From PVC group bacterium (GTDB lineage Bacteria > Auribacterota > Erginobacteria > Erginobacterales > Erginobacteraceae): 40,209 bases of DNA. Position numbers and translations under genes: made by a program. The notes under the pieces are model-generated. The model searched no databases. It was not told where the DNA came from and was given only the letters and a program-made list of their open reading frames with translations. Below, one piece after another: positions 37,025 through 40,209 of the stretch. Each line of letters begins with the position of its first letter. Positions within the stretch are counted from its first letter, which is position 1. The stretch covers positions 1 to 40,209 of the forward strand of contig JAZDIV010000155.1 of NCBI GenBank assembly GCA_043804695.1, given 5' to 3'.

Positions 37025-37409
37025 ATGAATAAAAAAGCCAAATCAATGAAATCAAGCCGGATCACGCGATTCACTTCAGAGAAGAGCATGAAAATATACC
37101 AGTTAAAAATCTCGCTTGATCGTATTAGGCCTCTGGTATGGCGCAGACTGTTGGTGCGGGGAGACGCCAATCTTGGTTTTCTTCATGCGGTGATCCAGGT
37201 GGCGCTGGGATGGACGAACAGCCATCTTCACCAGTTCATCATTACACGAAGAATACGAATCAACAATGGAATGGCTCGGGGGCAAGTTTGATCCCGATAC
37301 CTTCGATATGAATAAAATCAACATGTACCTGAAAATATTAAAATGGCCTCATACGACGATCCCCCATCTGGCCCGGGTACTTATGAAACGAGATGGTGTG
37401 AGAGGATGA
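37025..37409 (+). pseudogene. pRiA4b ORF-3 family gene with an internal deletion and frameshift
   Basis: N-terminal YQLKISL..VWRRLLV..LHAVIQ.ALGW.NSHLHQF joins at ~37244 to another frame (37245-37409) reading HEEYESTMEWLGGKFDPDTFDMNKIN. The central YDFGD/PPED region is missing. Confidence 0.8.
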
Positions 37410-37454
37410 TCGGCCTGGATATTTAAAGAGTGTCCAGGATCGAACCGTTGCCGG

Positions 37455-38810
37455 TCACGCGCGCAGCTTTCGGGCCTCCCGGACGATGAGCGCCCCGCTG
37501 GCCAGGCCGGAGAGGAGATCGCAGACCGGAGTGGTGAGCCAGATCCCGGGGAGCCCCCAGCGGGAAGAAAAGATCACGATCAGCGGCAGGTAGAGGACGA
37601 CCAGCCGGAGCAGGTGGAGCCCGATGCTGAGGAGGGGCCGGGCGGTGGTCTGGAAATAGTTGGCGCAGATCATCTGGAAGGCCCCGAAGGGGAAGAGGAG
37701 CAGCATCAGCCTCATCCCGGTGACGGCGGTCTCGATCAGGGCGGGGTCCCGGGTGAAAATCCGGACCAGAAGGGGGGAGAAGAACTGGACCAGGACCGCC
37801 CCGGCCAGCCCGATCAGCGCCGCCAGAAGCAGGGAGGCCTTCAGCGCCTTCAGGACCCGGGCGTAGTTGCGGGCCCCGTAGTTGAACCCGATGATCGGCT
37901 GGGCGCCCCGGGTGAGCCCGATGATCGGCATCATCATCAGCATCACGATGCTGTGGATGATCCCCAGCGCCCCGATCGCCACGTCCCCCCCGCTTTTCAG
38001 AAGGAAGCGGTTGGTGACGGTGATGAAGAAGCTGTTGATAAACTGCATGGTGAAGGGGGAGAGGCCGATGTAGAGGAGGGAGCGGGTCAGGGCCGGATGG
38101 AAGCGGAGGTTGCGCAGGCGCAGGGTGAGGACCCGGCGCGGGCCCCGGGTAAAGTGGAGCAGGATCCACACCGCCGAAATGAGCTTGGCGAAGGCGGTGG
38201 CCAGGGCGGCCCCCCGCACCCCCATCCCCAGCCGGACGATCAGGACATAGTCGCAGGCGGCGTTGATGACCGCCCCGGCGCTTAAAATGACCATGGAAAG
38301 GGCCGGGTTGCCCTCGGCCTGGATCATGGCGTTCAGGCCCATCGCCATGAAGTCGAGCGTGATCACCGACATCAGAACGCGCATGTAGACGCGGGCGTAG
38401 GGAATAACGGTCCCGGACGCCCCGAAGAATGTCAGGAGCGGGTCGAGAAAGACCTGGCCCAGCACGGTCAGGACGCAGCCCGCGGTCAGGAAGAGGGCGA
38501 AGACATTCCCCAGAATCTGCTCGGCCGAGGCGTATTTTTTCTGTCCGAGCCGGAGCGAGGTCAGGGCGCCGCCGCCCACCCCGATCAGCATTCCGATGGC
38601 GATGGCGATCATGAAGATCGGGAAGGTGACGCTCACCCCGGCCAGGGCGTCGGAGCCGCCGTAGCGGCCGATGAACATCCGGTCCACGGTGTTGTAGATG
38701 CTGAAGACGAAGAACCCGACCGTGGTGGGGACGGAATAGCGGAACAGCAGCCGGTAGATGCCGTGCCCGCCCAATTCACGCGCCTTTCTCTCGATCCTCT
38801 CGGAACTCAT
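37455..38810 (-). CDS. MATE family efflux transporter
   Basis: About 12 TM segments; YNTVDRMFIG, QAEGNP, GVRGAALAT, GAQPIIGFNYGA. Host-like high GC. Confidence 0.93.
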   Translation of the reverse strand: MSSERIERKARELGGHGIYRLLFRYSVPTTVGFFVFSIYNTVDRMFIGRYGGSDALAGVSVTFPIFMIAIAIGMLIGVGGGALTSLRLGQKKYASAEQILGNVFALFLTAGCVLTVLGQVFLDPLLTFFGASGTVIPYARVYMRVLMSVITLDFMAMGLNAMIQAEGNPALSMVILSAGAVINAACDYVLIVRLGMGVRGAALATAFAKLISAVWILLHFTRGPRRVLTLRLRNLRFHPALTRSLLYIGLSPFTMQFINSFFITVTNRFLLKSGGDVAIGALGIIHSIVMLMMMPIIGLTRGAQPIIGFNYGARNYARVLKALKASLLLAALIGLAGAVLVQFFSPLLVRIFTRDPALIETAVTGMRLMLLLFPFGAFQMICANYFQTTARPLLSIGLHLLRLVVLYLPLIVIFSSRWGLPGIWLTTPVCDLLSGLASGALIVREARKLRA

Positions 38811-38876
38811 AATCCAGGTTGTCTGTTATTTATTGATATTTTCCCGCCCCCAAACAGGGGTTCAATTCTTGCACAG

Positions 38877-38905
38877 TTGCAGAACTCGCTGATGTCAATT
38901 ATAAT
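38877..38905 (+). promoter_or_regulatory. Candidate sigma70 promoter TTGCAG-N17-TATAAT
   Basis: -35 at 38877-38882 and -10 at 38900-38905, upstream of ATG 38949. Confidence 0.55.
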
Positions 38906-38948
38906 GTATGATATTATAGGCGGTGAAAATAACTGAAGAGAGCAAACG

Positions 38949-39413
38949 ATGGAAATATATTCGGAATTGAAGCAGTTGGTTAATCTATTATCAGAGAATG
39001 ACATCCCTTTCGCGCTTTGCGGTGGATTGGCGATGGCTGTTTACGGAATGCCGCGTGCGACGATAGACATTGATATTATGATTGAAGAGAAGAACCTGCA
39101 AAAGGTCAAAAATCTGGCCGACAATGCGGGATTTTCCCATAGTCCCGGGAAGATGAATTTTCGCGGCGGGAAGATAGAAATAGTCAGGCTGGTCAAGTTT
39201 GACCAGGAAATCGGAGACGAGTTGATTCTCGACCTTATTTTGGTCACTCCCAGGCTCAGAGAAATATGGGATCAAAGGGAAAAACGAACTGTGGATTGGG
39301 GGGAATTGAGTGTTGTTTCCAGAGACGGATTGATAAGGCTCAAAGAATTCAGGGGAAGTGGAACTGATAAAGACGACATCAAATATTTGAAAGGTGAAGG
39401 CGATGAAGGTTGA
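38949..39413 (+). CDS. Small Pol-beta-like nucleotidyltransferase (AbiEii/MenT-like)
   Basis: FALCGGLAMAVYGMPRATIDIDI and C-terminal LK..G..KD.DD. Confidence 0.82.
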   Translation: MEIYSELKQLVNLLSENDIPFALCGGLAMAVYGMPRATIDIDIMIEEKNLQKVKNLADNAGFSHSPGKMNFRGGKIEIVRLVKFDQEIGDELILDLILVTPRLREIWDQREKRTVDWGELSVVSRDGLIRLKEFRGSGTDKDDIKYLKGEGDEG

Positions 39414-39564
39414 TATGTCGCCAAAAGCGATAGACAGCCGGCTGCGGCGGGTCAGCGAGTTGAGAAGGTTATGTCTGGAGCTGGGGAAATCAAAACCAGC
39501 CGGTATTGAGGATCCCGGGAAAATCGCCGAACCGTCACAAGACTACAGAGCAAGGAAAGAGTGA
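39403..39564 (+). CDS. 53-aa helical protein coupled to the nucleotidyltransferase (not in the ORF track)
   Basis: MKVDMSPKAIDSRLRRVSELRRLCLELGKSKPAGIEDPGKIAEPSQDYRARKE. 11-nt overlap and a purine-rich upstream sequence (AAGGTGAAGG). Confidence 0.65.
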   Translation: MKVDMSPKAIDSRLRRVSELRRLCLELGKSKPAGIEDPGKIAEPSQDYRARKE

Positions 39565-39743
39565 TCATGGCCACCTAAATCCTAAATTCAGCAAATGACT
39601 CCCCCGGATCATGGCTGTGGTTGAGAGACAGGGTCGGACCTCCCCAACTTGTTACTTGGTAGATAGTTGTCTCAAAATACCCCTTCTATAGTTTAAGAGC
39701 CCCGATTTCGAGCCAGAAATCAGCGGTTTAAGATCATTGTAAC

Positions 39744-39781
39744 CCCGGATCATATAACGGTGGTCCGGGAGGTTTTGTTTT
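39744..39781 (+). terminator. Possible intrinsic terminator
   Basis: Stem CCCGGATCAT/GTGGTCCGGG (two G-U pairs) followed by AGGTTTTGTTTT. Confidence 0.45.
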
Positions 39782-39783
39782 CA

Positions 39784-40054
39784 CCCGTCGACTTTCGTCC
39801 GGGCGGCGGGGTTGGCGGAGATGGAGGGTGAAGGCGAGTTAGCTGATAAACTGATTCACCTGCCGCGTAAAGCGGCAGGGGTCTGGGGAAGAGGAGACGG
39901 GGCGGGTACACGTTCAAACCAGCACTGACCCGCTCCGGCCGTTTTTTTCTTCCAACCTCATCTTCCGTCGTGCTACATTACCTGTTTCGGAATTTCCCCG
40001 ATAGCCATCGGGGTGCGCCTCCGGCGCACAATAAATGTCGTAGCGGCAGCCTTC
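39784..40054 (+). ncRNA. Candidate structured non-coding RNA, family not recognised
   Basis: Nested stems with several G-U pairs on the + strand (see findings). No ORF is listed here. Confidence 0.35.
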
Positions 40055-40209
40055 AGAGGCTGTCCGACAACCCCTAAAATGTCATCGCGAGCCCCGGAGG
40101 GGCGAAGCGATCTAAAAGCGTGATCAGAATAAGCTATATCCCAATTGGTTAAGATTGCTTCGTCGCTTCGCTCCTCGCAATGACCGCGAAATTTGCAAAA
40201 ATGCCAATT
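40055..40209. mobile_element. MITE-like element C copy 2 (inverted; distal end probably beyond the window)
   Basis: AGAGGCTGTCCGACAACC, GTCATCGCGAG (40081-40091), and GATTGCTTCGTCGCTTCGCTCCTCGCAATGACCGC, which is the reverse complement of 17567-17601 with one mismatch. Confidence 0.75.

Noticed and set aside
39765..39800. RNase P RNA on the minus strand (CGACTTTCGTC resembling the complement of GAGGAAAGTCC)
   Set aside because: Two mismatches in a near-invariant motif, and the partner motif is not at the expected ~300-nt distance.

Overview
Bacterial window with GC-rich genes and AT-rich intergenic DNA. The mcsA-mcsB-clpC cluster without ctsR suggests a PVC-like lineage (inference). It has three parts. 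(1) 1-17.4 kb: a + strand housekeeping run of secA (5' end cut by the window), lnt, prfB (programmed +1 frameshift), lysS, lolC/E, lolD, ilvE, mcsA, mcsB, clpC and a TPR protein. Almost every intergenic gap from lnt to clpC holds members of a modular repeat family: TAAATTAGC..GCTAATTTA hairpins, CCCGAT..ATCGGG hairpins, two copies of a ~160-bp hexamer-periodic hairpin, heptamer-periodic hairpins and a 32-bp perfect palindrome. (2) ~17.5-37.4 kb: a defence island. It carries an orphan ParB, a truncated DUF1016/YhcG gene, a PD-(D/E)xK-like nuclease with a RAMA-like domain, a type I R-M system with an AbiE-type toxin-antitoxin pair and operator inserted between hsdS and hsdR, radC, a DUF6361-like/PLD/SF2-helicase operon (probably Azaca-like) and a pRiA4b ORF-3 pseudogene. 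(3) 37.4-40.2 kb: a MATE transporter, a nucleotidyltransferase with an unannotated 53-aa partner, a highly base-paired non-coding stretch and a second, inverted copy of a MITE-like element also found at 17.5 kb. No rRNA, tRNA, CRISPR array, integrase or transposase was recognised. All family calls come from reading motifs by eye; no searches were run.
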